Shown: piece by piece, positions 25,940 to 39,545 of the stretch | Position numbering within the stretch: the stretch's first letter is position 1 | How the letters are laid out: every line of letters begins with the position of its first letter | Assembly: GCA_001938485.1 (NCBI GenBank) | Contig: MQRK01241303.1 | Location: 1 to 51,319, forward strand | Direction of reading: 5' to 3' | Origin: Girardia tigrina | Taxonomy: Eukaryota | DNA: 51,319 nucleotides | The notes under the pieces: generated by a model | The model's input: the letters and a program-made list of their open reading frames with translations, nothing else | Database searches by the model: none | What the model was told of the DNA's origin: nothing | Program-made: the position numbers and the translations under genes

Positions 25940-28900
25940 ATCTACAACTAATTTCTTTTACACAGTTGACTGTTTATCTATCTTCTTGTTCAATACTAAA
26001 CAGCTATCTTGAAATTCAGTAAGTTCTTTTCATATAACTCTATTATAAGATTTTTCTTTATTATCAGTCGCACAATTTCCATTCTTTAAAATACTATATT
26101 CATTAAATTCATTATTATTAACTTTATTATTGTATTTGTCATCGTAATTATTTGTATCATTATTAACATTATCATCAACTGTATTAAAAAATGTTTTATT
26201 AATATTAAATTTATTATTAAATGTATTATTATAATTAGTTGTATCATTATTAACATTATCATTAATTGTATAAAAAACATTTTTATTATTATCAATCAAA
26301 AAATTTTCATTCGGCAACATACAATGTTCATTAACGTTCTGTTCTGTAAGCCATGTAAAATCATCACATTCATTAATAATATCACAATAAGTGATCCTCT
26401 CATCATACTTTAGTACACAGTCATACATATTATTTACATTACAATAATCACCATTCACACATTCGACTTTTAAAAATCGAGTATCGTTTACAACATCACT
26501 TACTGCGTCTGAATAGCTCCGAGCATTTCCCCGATGTACGAAGCATGTCAATTTCCCGTCAGCAAATCATGTCCAGTCCGATATCTCTGTTCCGCATCGT
26601 TGTTCGAATTCTGAAATTCGGCTCTCTCCGCTATTCACTGCGGCTATCGGATCATCTGAATTCGTCCTCCTTTGCCCATCATATTCGGTTTGTCTCGAAT
26701 TGGATCTCACTGGTGCGCCTCTGTCGTTCAATCTGTCGTTGTCTCTTCTAGCAAAATAGCATTGCTAGATTGAATGACCGTTTCTGTGACATTTTGAACT
26801 TTTAATATTTTGGCAGTTCCTCCGAATATGTCCAAATTCCCGACAAGCGTAACATTGAGGTTCATATCTTGGAAGTTGTCTCAAATTTGGGTTGGACTTC
26901 GTGACTTCTCTGTATATAATTTGTGGTCTTCTGTTTGGCTAGTGATACTCTCTTCTGTTCGAAAATTGTTGATGATTATGTGGTCCGTTTTTTGTGTCAT
27001 TGCAGCATAACTGGGTCGATTTATAACCAATACCTCGTCTTGTCTCGTCCTAGCTTCGACTGTCTTCAATATCTCCTTGATATATTTTGTCGGTGTAGGG
27101 ACTTTTTGATCTTCGATCTCGGAATTGTCTTTTCCAAACTTCAGTTTCAGCAAAGTTTCAGTATATTCGAATCTTGAAACTTCTTCTCTCATCTTCTCGT
27201 CATCAAGACAGTAGTTTAGTAAAAAAGCTGTTAACTTTATTGATGTTAACTTGTGCTTCATTACTTTTTCGACATTTTTCTCAATTTGTCGAATATACTC
27301 ATCAATTGATGCTGTTCCTTTCCTAATAGCAAGAACATTTTTTTGGATTAAATTTTTTTTGGATTGAGGGATAATTCGTAGTAGTTCGCTTGTATTTAGC
27401 GTGGTCGTCATGTTATCCATTTAAAATAAAATGACTAATTCCGATTCTAAGATTTATTAATTATAACACAATATCCATAATCTCGATTATTTAATGGGAA
27501 AAATAGTGATGTTATAATGACTCACATTTTCAAAGCCTTTTCATTGGTTTACACTCTCAAACACACATATACTATCAACATACTTTCAGCATACATTCAA
27601 CATCAGACAAATAACCCATTTTATTGTATCATCACACAATCAATGTCATCAGCAATCACACAATAATTATTACGTAAGTAATCTTAGTTATTTCAGGTAG
27701 TAACAAGCAATATTTATTACGTAACTATTCCTACTCACAAGAATGATGACAAACGATGAAAGGCTTTCTGAGAGTCATAATGACTCTAAATGTGATTGTA
27801 ATAAAAATTTAAACGAGACTTGTCTAAATGCTCTTAATACGGACAATCTTTTAATTCTTTCATGTCCTTAATTTTAAATTTTCCTTCAGAAATTAGTACA
27901 CTTAGTTTTAATACCAAAGTTGTTTCCATGTAGAAAGTCAGCAATGTTGTCATTGAACCAGCTGTTGTTGACACGATATTAATGAGCAGGTGTTCCGCCT
28001 ATTTAAACTTAATTAATTAACTTCTTTTTTTTGTTAAAATCTCTATCTGTTAACTCTACGATTTAAATAAACTAATAGTCTTTCTCATTCCCTTTATCTT
28101 CCTTTTATACTTTTCTTTTTAACTTAAACTTTCTTTATTTACAACTTAAATAAACTTAATTATTCTTGTTACAAAAATATTTCTTCATTTTATTGGAATT
28201 GTTTGCATTTTATTTAGTTATAATCTAATTATTTATATATATTTTAAATTTATTTTAATAGTGGAGAAAATATTCTATTTAACTCATTTAATTAAAACAA
28301 TACATTAAAAAAACAATACCTAACAGTTGTCCGGGAGGCATGAAATATATGTCCCCTGTTTTGTCCCAAAACTTGTTTTTTAGTTTTTCCGTTTATATTT
28401 AACTATTTTATGTTTTAGTTTTGCTTAGAAAATTAATTATTTAATTTGGTTTTATAATTAAATGTAATATTTTATATGGTGAAAAAAGTAGATTTTGTTT
28501 TAATGCACAAAAAATGCAGAGTTTGAATTTGATTGAAAATCAGTCATAATAATGTCGTGGAATAAATTTTTGTGTACTATCGTATTATTTATCAATTTGT
28601 CAAATACTGATTATGAGAAAACATATGATCTGGTATTAAATGTCTCGGACACCATATGCATATAAATAAAATAATCAAAAGTATACACAATACATAGGAA
28701 AGAATAAAGTTATACATGCAACAAGATATAGAAAGAACAAGCTAAATCAACATCAAAGTCAAACATAAAAAATTGTCAATTGAATTATCAGTCATCCGTC
28801 AGATCGTAAGACGTAACTCACTGAATGGATCGTGCCGGACATAGGGTTCATCTTTGATCATCTATTACTGAGGCGAGAACCACGGTAGAAATGGTTGGTC

Positions 28901-31900
28901 AATATCCACCTTTTGTAGAGGAGGTGGTGGGGTGTAAGTAGCGCCATTTTGAGCTCGATACCATACACCATATCTGATGATGTCGGCCTCATTTTGGAAA
29001 TTTAAATTTCCTTTAACTATCGGAACAATCTGATCACACTATGGAGGAGTGGTGCGACATTGATGGGTGCAAGTTTATACTGCTGAAGGTTGTATCACAG
29101 TAATAGAAGGTGGTTGAACATGAACTGGCGATGTAAGCTTTGCTAATTTCTAAGGATGGTTTCCTATGGTACCTTGGGACCATCTTTTCTGCCTAACTAT
29201 CTCCACGGGTAAGTGATCATATGATTACACCGCAATTTTAGGCGAAAGCCTCTCAAAATTTGTTGGACGTGATCCAGAAAGAACCTTCAGACTGCTTTTT
29301 TAGGATAGTAATAGAAGTTTTCGTGTTACTAATGATAAGGGGTGCCCATGTAACAGGTATACCGAGTATATAAATATTTCCACGGTAATTGTGATGTTGC
29401 TAATAGAGCCACCTAAAAATTTATATTGTTGAATAAAAACATTTATATTATGAATAAAAAATTTGATATTTTGGAATAACATTGTATGACGAAAAGATAC
29501 TGAAAATTCATTAAATTATGACTAATGTAAAAAAATAAAAATTTGAATTGTTTTCTATTAAATTTATAAATGATGATGATTTATTCATTTAGAATTTTTT
29601 TAAATTCAAGTTTTAATTTTGTTTGATAAATTAAAATTTTTTCTTATTCAATTAATTATAAATTTTATTCAGAGAAATGATATGTAAATGTTACTTTTAA
29701 TAAGAAATACATTTGCTTTCTTTAAACTTTTGAGAAATAAAACATCAGTTTTAAAATTTTTAGTAATATTTAAATTTTATATAATAAAACCTTTTCGAAC
29801 AAAGCTTGTTTTAATCTTTAGATTTCAATGTTGATTTGATGCTTTATGTTAGTCATGGAAGTCATGATTTTGTAATGGAAAATGATTTTTATAGGTAGTA
29901 AGTCATTTTATTTATTTATATTATGCATATATATTCCATTTTCCAGTTACTTACAACGTTTTGTAAGTCAATTTCAACATTTAACATTAAATATATTACT
30001 CTTAAATTACATTAATATGAAATTAAAAAAACTAATAAAATTTTCAGTCGAATTCCATTAATAAAAATGCAAATTTCATTAATGAAAATCCAGATTTCAT
30101 AATTATCAAATCTGATGCTTTGTTTTAGACACAATATTTTTTTTAATAATCTAAAAGAAAAATTTCTGCACATTATCATGTGTGCCGAAGAATAAGTAAT
30201 ATGTATTATTTTAGTTTTTATATTTTTTATTATTTTCTTACCTTTTAAATTACATTAACTTTACATTCGTAACATTATATTGTATTGTATGTTTGTGCAC
30301 GATACCCAATTTGGCCCTAGAACCGGTTGGTAATAACAGAGGCGCGCAATAGATCATATGAGCGCTCATTTTCATTGTGATTTATATTTTTTCGTCATTA
30401 ATGTTTCATCAATCAAAAAATAGTTATTTTTACAATTTTATTAATCAAGAACATATTCGTCATTACAATTTTATCAACCGATATAATTAAAGAAACTAGT
30501 GAATCTCAAAAGAAAAAGAAAAGAAAACTTTTTATTAATTGAGAAAATCGTATTTCGTTCCGTAAATCGTTCACAATGCAGAATTTGGTCAAATCGAGCA
30601 ATCAAAATAATTTTTAAATCGATAAAAATTGTAAAAACAATCGAGGGCTGGGGTTTCTTTTTCACCCCCACTTAATTTTTCGATTTTCAGAAAATATACA
30701 ACACTTACGTTAAGACAGCCGAAGATCTTCAACAAAAAAGCTTCCCGGGCTTAGAAAAATCACTTTAAAAAATTACTTAAAATTTCAAAAAACGCCTTAG
30801 ACTCAGAGCGAGTGTTTCATTTAGTCGATCAATTGACACACACTGATTCGATGTACAACACAAATTTCTCTCTCCTTTACAAATACCGACTCACAAAACT
30901 GGCCTTAAATCTATCCAGGAACGTGACAAGATCATCATTAACAAATGTTCATTTTTAATTATGAATAATTAAAAAAATTTATTTTCAAATTTAAAATTTT
31001 ATTTTATCATATTTTACTTTTATTTAATTTTTATTTCTTTAAATTAAATGTAATTTAATTATTTCTATTTTTAACGATCATATAATTTTACATGTTCTCA
31101 AGTTTTGCAACTAAATTTGAACGTATAATAAAATTATAATTCAAATACCAAACATTGTACTTAGAAGTTTGGAACCACTAATAACAAATTAATGACCATT
31201 CAGATTTTGATTGTAATTATGCAATGCAATCAATAATAATTAGCGGTTCTACTACAAAACCAAATTTCAAAACCGGGATTTTGGTATTAATTTTATTTAA
31301 TACTGGCATGTCGGTATCGATATCGTTATACAATCAATAAAACAAATTAGCTATAATAAGAAATAGAAATTTTTATCTATGAAATTTTTATTTTTGAAAT
31401 CTGGCCTTTTATTTATGAAATGGATTGTGTTGTTGATAATGGTTTCTACCACTTGTTGGGAGTAAATCAACTCGGCGTTCGTCTTCGTAACTTTTGATTA
31501 CAGTACTTTTTTTGGTACCGTAGCCGTTGGGCCGTGGGTGCACTCAATTATGCACAAGCATTAATAGCTTGGTTTTCAATATTTTTGAGTGTCTCAGTAG
31601 GCTAGGAACCTGGTGGCGCCTATTTCCTCTCTAGGTATGGATGGCCGTTGGCTCAACAGAGCTCATCCGCCCTTTGCTAGGTTTTGTTTTTCATCCTGCT
31701 AGGTGTCCACACACCCTCTTCACCAAGGTTGCTCTTGGTGAGGTAGCCGGTTTAGTCGCCAACCATTCGACAATGGGACAGGTATTACAGGTTTACATGG
31801 TATCTGTAGCAAACAGCTAGTCTGACCTGACCTGTTTATAGTCCTTGTAGAGCTATAATTCAATTGTAGCAACATCCTTAATCGTTTTCCTTTATAAATA

Positions 31901-32181
31901 AACCTTGTTAGACTTTGTCGTTTTTCGTTAAATATTCTATTTGGAATCAATTTAAATATTTTGTTCTGATTTTAAAGAAAAATATTAATCAACAGACAAC
32001 AATTTATCAATATGCACGATTCTGGAATGTATTTGAAATGTTTTTAAATTTTTTTTTTCGTTAAATATTCTGTTTCGCTAACCTCGTAAAATTGAAATAA
32101 TTTCTTCATTATCTTAATTATTAACTTAACACGGGTAGATTTATATTCAGTTTTATAAGATGCAATGTAAAAATATATATA

Positions 32182-33771
32182 ACGGATATCGCCAAATAGT
32201 ATCACTAAATTTTTTTTAAGTTGGTGATACTATTTGGGTCGTCATACTATTTGGTGCTTTCAATTCCCATTAACAAAAATATCAAAATATGAATAAAAAA
32301 GAAAGCAAATATCAATAATACTTTATTCATTAACGACATCCAAACATTCTACATCATCATTATCATCTAAACAGTCTACATTCTGATCATCTACATCTTC
32401 TCCAGAAATAGACTCGTAGGGAAATTGTTCAATCTGGTTTAAAATAGCCTCGCAAAACTTTCTACCATACACATGCTTTGCTATATGCCAATCGTCAGGG
32501 TTTGAACTAAATCCTGATAATATTTTTGAGTTTTGTATGGTTTCGGTTTTCAATTCATTCAAAGATTCTCCGACCCATGAATTTACCAATTCCTTCGATG
32601 GTAGTTTTAGATTACCATTTTTTATATAAACAACAGAATCAGAGTTCTTCCATTCATTAATACGAAAATATATAAAATCTTTCAAGGAACGAAAAATTCC
32701 TATATCTCCTGCTTGTAGATAAGGTGTCAATCCCCCTGAGATCACGATTATTTCAAAATTTCTCTTAATACAATGTTCTTTTACTTGTAGGCCTAAATGA
32801 ACTTGACACGAATCCCAAATAATACACTTACCGTTGCTTAAATCAATCAAAGAAAACATATGGTCGATCCACTTTATAATTAATTCTTGGTTAACCCACG
32901 ATTTTGATTGAGTAGTATGCAAGATACGATTTTGTTTACAAATATGACTTCCATCTTTTCCTTTATGGATTACCAAAGGCATTGCCTTCCTACCATCTGC
33001 CCAAATATAAATCAGTGTTGTTACTCTCATTGAACTAAAACTAGTTGATTTAATTACTACATTGCATGCTCCGAGTAAATCCACAGTATTTGTTCTGGCA
33101 TCCTCAAAAAATACTGCAGTTTCATCCATCATTAAAGTCTTTTTAATATTTAAATAAGGAAGACGATTTTTTAAATATTTCATATAATTAACAGCACGTA
33201 AAATTATGTCAGAGTCTGATAATGTTGTTAAATTGGTAGTTCACCTAAGTGTAAATCCATTTCTCTTCATAAACCATGTTATCCAATTTCCAGTAGCCTT
33301 TAATTTAATACTATACTCATTACTCAATACTACTGCCCTATCAGAAATATACTTCCGACTAACTTTCATTTTTCGTTTTCTAAGATCTATTATCTCATTG
33401 CAAATAATTTGTTCTGTAGTTCCCAAACTGGTTTTCTTTCCTGCTCCCACCGCTCTTTTCATTGATGGTTTTTGATTAACAAGTTTGTCTTTGTTTCTCA
33501 GCCACTGTTGAAACATAGAATGATCATATATTTCCCCGTTTTTAACTTCGAAATGCTGTTTTGCAGCATAAACTCGATTATTTCTTTTTTGAAAGCGATC
33601 GTTTGGCCATAATAATTTTTAAAATGGAATATTTATTAATATTAAAACAATTAAATTAAATGATTTTAAAAATTAATGATTTTTTTTTCAAGTGATTTTT
33701 AAAAACTTAAATATTGATACTGATAGGGTCGTGATACTATATGGGTTGGTGATACTAATTGGCGATATCCG

Positions 33772-33772
<1 letters not shown>
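32182..33772 (-). mobile_element. Full-length pogo-like DNA transposon, frameshifted
   Basis: TIR ACGGATATCGCCAA(A/T)TAGTATCAC at both ends in a TA context; HTH 33241-33516 (GNWITWFMKRNG); DDE_1 32323-33183 (MDET, IWDS, YLQAGD). Confidence 0.92.
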
Positions 33773-33812
<40 letters not shown>

Positions 33813-34639
33813 CAATTTAACATTAATTTGAGATTAATTTATTTACTTGTGTAATTTTAAGGATAATTTTATTTACTGCTCAAATTTATTTTTTTTATTT
33901 TTTACCAAGGAATGTAAAAAACGATGGCAAATTATATTCTTGATTACAAAAACTGAACAACATTTTGTAAAATTTATTGTTATTAATTTCCGCGGATTAT
34001 CCGCCATCTTCATACTAAATTAACTGTCGTTCTAAAACCAAAAGAGAAACGTACCTGACAAACTGGTATTTCAAATTCTGCCTTCGATTGACAATCAATT
34101 AAAACAACTTTTATTGATCGGATTAATTCCAACTTCCCCTTGCCTTCAAGGCAAATATGCACACTCCGTCCGTGCACCGAGCAATACTGTCTCTTATAAT
34201 GATAAATTAGAAAATTATGGTTAATAAAGTTATTCTTATTAAGATTGACTTAAAATAAATGAAAGGTTATAAAGTTTATTTTGTTACAAACGTTAAATTT
34301 AGGGATCGAATCGACAACAAGAAAACTTACATTATCGGTCGATATGAAAGTCATTTTTTCCGTGCCCAGTCGGTCTCTGTCATCGTCGGTGCGGTGCGAA
34401 TTTTTGGGTCCTTCAGTATCGTCTGGTTCTCGTCAGGATTGGATCGTCGTTGGAATAATTCTGTTGCGACGGGCATTTATGAGTATTGTCGGTGCACCGC
34501 GAATGTTTTTGCTTCTGACACTATTGTAGTGGGGGTGCGCATCGTCTGAGACCTCGGGGGGTCCGATCGCCGGCAACGGATCCTGGCACTTGAATCGGCA
34601 ACCACGGTCCTGTAACAATATTAAATTACCATTTTTTTA

Positions 34640-34900
34640 TGACATTTGGATACTATTGATGGGTTGTCATCAAACCCACGAGTAAGCTTGGAACCGACGT
34701 CATTCATCGGGTTATCTCTGTAGTCAATCGGATGCGTCAGCAGGTGTTTGTACATGATATCCCGCTGAATTTTTCTCCCTTCCCGGTACTCTGCTTGTTG
34801 AAGAGCGCCACGGACGAGTTGTAATCAATCGTCCGCCTGAAGACCGCTTTTCTCATTCGTTTCCAGTCAATATTCGTCGACAAATTGTTGTCCAGTGAAT
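34640..34900 (-). pseudogene. WDR33: WDR33/Pfs2 N-terminal fragment, frameshifted
   Basis: IDWKRMRKAVFRRTIDYNSSV then, after a shift, IQRDIMY..PIDYRDNPMNDVGSK, versus WDR33 [21 protein letters not shown]...IQPD...PIGMLNNPMNAVTTK. Confidence 0.8.
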
Positions 34901-34904
34901 CATT

Positions 34905-35968
34905 GTTTTTCTCAATTTTTTTGAAGTATTTCTCCTGGAGTAAAATGTCAAGATGTTTGAAAAAGTGATAATCAATAGGCGAGAGGTCAGGTGAGTATGG
35001 TGGATGACTCAAAGTTTCGTAGCCAAGTTCGTTCAACAGTTGCATTGTCAGACGTTCGATGTGTGGCCGAGCGTTGTCGTGGAGAAGAATAGGCCCCTTC
35101 CTATTGACTAATGCTGGTTGTTGTTGTTGGAGTTTCTAGTTAATTTTGACAATATCCTCACAGTATCTCTCTGTTGTAATTGATACTCCTGGATTTAGGA
35201 AGCTATGATGAATAACACCGACTGCAGACCACTAAACAGCCACCATCATCTTTTTGGTACAATTTCGGCCTCGGAAAGGGTTGCGGAGCTTGATCGTGGT
35301 CCAACCATTCAGAAGAACGTCTCCGATTGTCGTAGAGAATCCACTTTTTATCACACGTTACAATTCGGTCCAGAAACTGATCATTCTTGTTCCGCAGAAG
35401 GAAGACGATACCTCAAAACGACGCATTTTTTGATTGTCATTTAATTCGTATGGAATCTATTTATCCAGTTTTTTCGACTTCCCAATGTCAAGCAGATGGT
35501 TTGAAATTGTTCCTATCGCGACACCTAGTTCCTCCGCAAGCTCTTGAACTGTTGTGCATGGATTTGCTTCTACTAGAGCCTTCAAATTTTATTTTCAATA
35601 GCAGGTTTCCGTCCACGGCCATCATCATCTTTGAGGGTCTCATCTCCTTGAAATTTTTTGAACCAACGTTGTAACATACGTTTGTTTGTGGTTCCATCGC
35701 CCAATGCACCGTTGATATTACGGGCAGCCTCCTATGCTTTGTGGCCATATAAGAAAATTGCTCGTAATTGCACTTTTTGCATATTGACAACTATTTAAAT
35801 AAACACATTAGTTTAAAGTTAATATTTAAACAAAGTATCATAGAAATATAGCGTTTTTCGTAAGCTTCAAAAGTATAAAACATAAATAAATGATAAAAAT
35901 TTATTTCAAAACATGATCAAAAATCAGGACCATTCAAAAAACGACATTATTTTTTAAACAACCTAATA
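34905..35968 (-). mobile_element. mariner transposon, 3'-truncated
   Basis: HPPYSPDLSPIDYHFF, LHDNARPH, IVTCDKKWILYDN; TIR-like TATTAGGTTG near 35959-35968. Confidence 0.92.
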
Positions 35969-38139
35969 TAATAAATTCTTTTTTAGAATATTTAAATAAT
36001 TGATTTTTTAGTTCGAATCTCATTTTTTAATTCCATAAAAATATATTTACACGTTAAATTAAATTTTTGTTCAATTGTTGTCGATTAAACTTCCTTTCTT
36101 TTTTTCTTGAGTTTTTTGTACATTTTAATAAAAAATCATTTTTTTTACATTAAATGACAAGGTGAGAAATTGATTAGTAAAAAAATTATTCATTCGTATT
36201 AAATTATTGTTTAATACAAATGTTGTGTGATCTAGCAGTCACTACATAGCGGTTTTTTTATAATTTTCAGTATTGATAAGACTCTACAACCAATTAGTTA
36301 GTATTCATATTTGGCAAAGTAGGGCTTTCTCAACTTTTAAAAATTAAAGGAATAAGTAATTAAAAAAGTAAAAATTGTATTAATATTCAGTTATATTGTT
36401 GGAGTATCGAGGTGATTTATAAAAGTATAAAAATGAAATGTAAAAGACTGAGTTTTGTTTTTATAAAAATATTTATTATTTTTATAACAAGATTTACAAA
36501 TAGAATTCAAATAAAAGCTTAACCTTATAGACTGATTTTAGATTTTGGATAAGATGGGAAGAGAATTCTCTTACTCAAATTATTTAGAGTATATATAAAA
36601 ATATATTAAGCAAAATATATAAAATTATTAATATTGGGATCAATTCGTACTTTTGATCTTTATTATTCGGATGATAATACTGTTTTCAAATATTTACTAG
36701 GACAATGCTTAGTTCTCGCAGTAGAGTTTCTACCTCTGATCTGTAGCTACCTGCCTTTATATTAGCTGGTGGAATTAATGAACTCTCGTGGGTGACTTAA
36801 TTAATTCAGCTAATTTGAATAACTAAGTCACTTGGTGAATCGTTAATGTGAAATTTGATCTTCTTTGCGTCTAACAATTAATTAGGACCGTATTGCACTT
36901 TTAATGAAGTGTACCCGCATCTCTAAATAACATAGGAAAGGAGATACGGGTAATTAAAAACTTGATCTTTAACGGTGGCATGCCACCGTGTTCTCGGTCT
37001 TTAAAGAGGTGGTCACTGCCTCTGTCAATCGGAGTGGGTGCCGCTCGACGATCCACCGATCTTAACAAATGGACGGTCGATTTGGGCGCCGATTGTTGGG
37101 ATTTAATAAAGTGATTGATTAATCCAGCGCGGCCGTTGAGTGCAGAAGTGCGGCCTCCGTATTCGGTCAATTGGAACGGTGCGGGCGCCATGATTTGATA
37201 TCGATCAATCGAGTGGCAGAAATCGACCGACAATAAATCTACAACGGTCTGCAGCGGCTGTTGTTGACGATTTATTTTAAATAATTAGGATAGAGCTTGA
37301 TGGCATCATAAGTAATGTTTCTTTTCGCCAAAAGATTAAATAAAAATCACAAGAGAGAAAAAAATCTTTTATTTTAAAAAAATGTTTTCATGGGATTATT
37401 CAAACAACTGTTTGACATTTTTCAGTTATATTTATTATTTTTTATATAGATAGTAAAATATGTGATTTTTGATATAAATAATAATATAAGTATTTTTATG
37501 TTAATAAAGATTTTTTACTGTTAGATTTTTTATTTAATTAAAAGTGGTCACTACATTTAATAATTAAGGTTCTTTCTTTTTCCTTTTACTTGTTCTTTCG
37601 ATTATATAATTAAGGGCTATTTTCTTTTAAAAATCCCATCCTTTTATACCCTATTTCTAGATATAATTTATCTTTATTTATCTTTAAAAATAAAATGCTT
37701 TTCTTTTTGTGATAATTTATCATTGATAAACATTCTTCTATTTTATTTATTTTTTTATTAAATTTTAATTTCGTTATTTATATATAATTTATATTTAATA
37801 TGGTAAAGGAGTAAATATCTCTATTTTACTCAAATTAATTAAAACAAAAATTTTATAAAATACTTTTATTAAATATTATACTCAACAATATCTTAGAAAA
37901 ATAAGTTTTATTTTAAAATTTTTCATTGAAACTAACATTTTAATGTTTTAAAAATTAAATTACAATGGAATATGAATTTTCAAAGAATGTTTGTGGTGAT
38001 TCGGAGTGACAATGTGTGCAACCAATCAAAAAATAATTAAACTGAAAATTTGATATCAAAATTAAATCTGGTGTTTAAATAAACACAATAAATTGCGAAC
38101 TTTAAAAAAAATAATAACCGATGTTTGGTAAAATGATTG

Positions 38140-38420
38140 ATGTATATTTTTTTATCAATAAATGTTAATTTATGCACAATCGCCTTTTCTTTTTTACCGC
38201 ACAATTTCCAATGGTCGAACGATGCGATCGGACCTTTAACCACGTCACTCGAAAGTATGGGGAATTCCCGCCGACTGTTTCGAGAGCGAGTGCCTGAACC
38301 AGATCCAATCGGTTGCCACATGGTCGAACCGAAGTTTTTTTGGCCGGTCGTATTTGAGAGGAAGAGAAATTTGAGTTCTGAATCGACAGTCGATACTTTA
38401 ATCGCAGTTTGTTTAGACAT
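38140..38420 (-). pseudogene. ERM (moesin/ezrin/radixin/merlin) FERM N-terminal fragment, frameshifted
   Basis: MSKQTAIKVSTVDSELKFLFLSNTTGQK, then FDHV and VTWLK in shifted frames, versus moesin [27 protein letters not shown]...TWLK. Confidence 0.7.
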
Positions 38421-38829
38421 TTTGAACAATAAAAAATTATCGAGCAAAACACAATCAAATGTTATTTGAGAGTCTAAAATCTGACAAAAAATCGATACAA
38501 TCAATCCTTTTTCTGAGCTCAATTCAACACAAAATAATTTGAGAAAATCAATATCACAACAAAAAAAATTTGAGAAAATCAATATCACAACAAAAAATGT
38601 GTGCAACCAATCAAATGACAAATTAAGCCAACACACACGTCCATAACGAACGGTTGTAGCATTTATAACGGAGAACCAATATTCACACTCTTTTGGCTGC
38701 ACATACTCCTTGATACAAACAATAAATAAACATGACTATTTTTTACATAAATTATTATTAAAACTGAAATAAATTTAGTTATTTAAATTTGAAATTCTTA
38801 TTTTATTTATTTATTTAATTTATTGAGTG

Positions 38830-39545
38830 TTACTTGTGACATTTAAACTGATATACTATATTTGCCTGCACACTCAATGGAGTTTTTGATTTATTAGAAA
38901 AGAAACCAGAAACTTTATTTGTGGAAAAAAATACCTTCAATTTAAAATTGAAGGAGTTCTTTTCATTAATGAATTTTTGAAATCTTTTGTTCTATCAGGA
39001 AATGGTATCTTTAAGGTGATGTTTAACAAATTCTCAGTGTTATTTGGAATTTCGATTATGTTATGACTTTTATTATTTGATTTCTTAAATATGGAGTCAA
39101 TGGCATCTTTAATTAGCTTATTTACATAATTTTTATTGTAGCCATTCTTTTTTAATCTATTTTGAAGGTCGTTTAAACCATCGTCCACGTTCCCATATGA
39201 GGAAGATAAATTCCATACTCTATGCACTAGTGCATTTACCATAATTCTGTTATACTTAGGGTCACAGAAACTTTTGAGACCACTGTATAATCCAGTATCA
39301 GGGGATTTTCGAAACACCTGTATACTGTAGTTCATCGATATTCTTTTTATGAGGACGTCCAGAAATGAAGTATTGTTAGATTTTTCAATTTCACAACTGT
39401 ATTTCATGTCTGGATGTAACGCATTCATAAATTTTAAAAACTCCTCAATATCAACTTTATTTTGGAAAATGAGAAATATATCGTCTACATATCTCGTGTA
39501 GAGTAAGGGCCGTCTACCAGTTAAAGTTGTGATTTTTTTCTCCAA
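38830..39545 (-). mobile_element. Penelope-like RT C-terminus/thumb fragment
   Basis: YTRYVDDIF, SFLDV, FRKSPDTGLY, LKKNGY. Confidence 0.88.

Larger units (their letters stand above)
22770..27420 (-). mobile_element. Decayed Ty3/Gypsy internal region (gag, protease, RT, RNase H, integrase)
   Basis: gag-like ORF 26881-27420, protease LFDTGA ~25465, RT 24372-25064 (RMPFG, YFDD), RNase H 23582-24370 (DTDAS, TDH), integrase 22800-23500 (HVDNG, NGQIER). LTRs not recognised. Confidence 0.93.

Noticed and set aside
26030-26551. Asn-rich ORF as a host gene
   Set aside because: Low-complexity linker between Gypsy gag and protease.
28974-29000. CTGATGA...GGAAA hammerhead-like core
   Set aside because: No stem II or stem I pairing.
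34610-34629. 20-nt GT-AG micro-intron
   Set aside because: Phases are incompatible, and other introns here are 138 bp to several kb.
34737-35045. Mariner-WDR33 fusion ORF as a domesticated gene
   Set aside because: Both parts are truncated and frameshifted; most likely a chance in-frame deletion junction.
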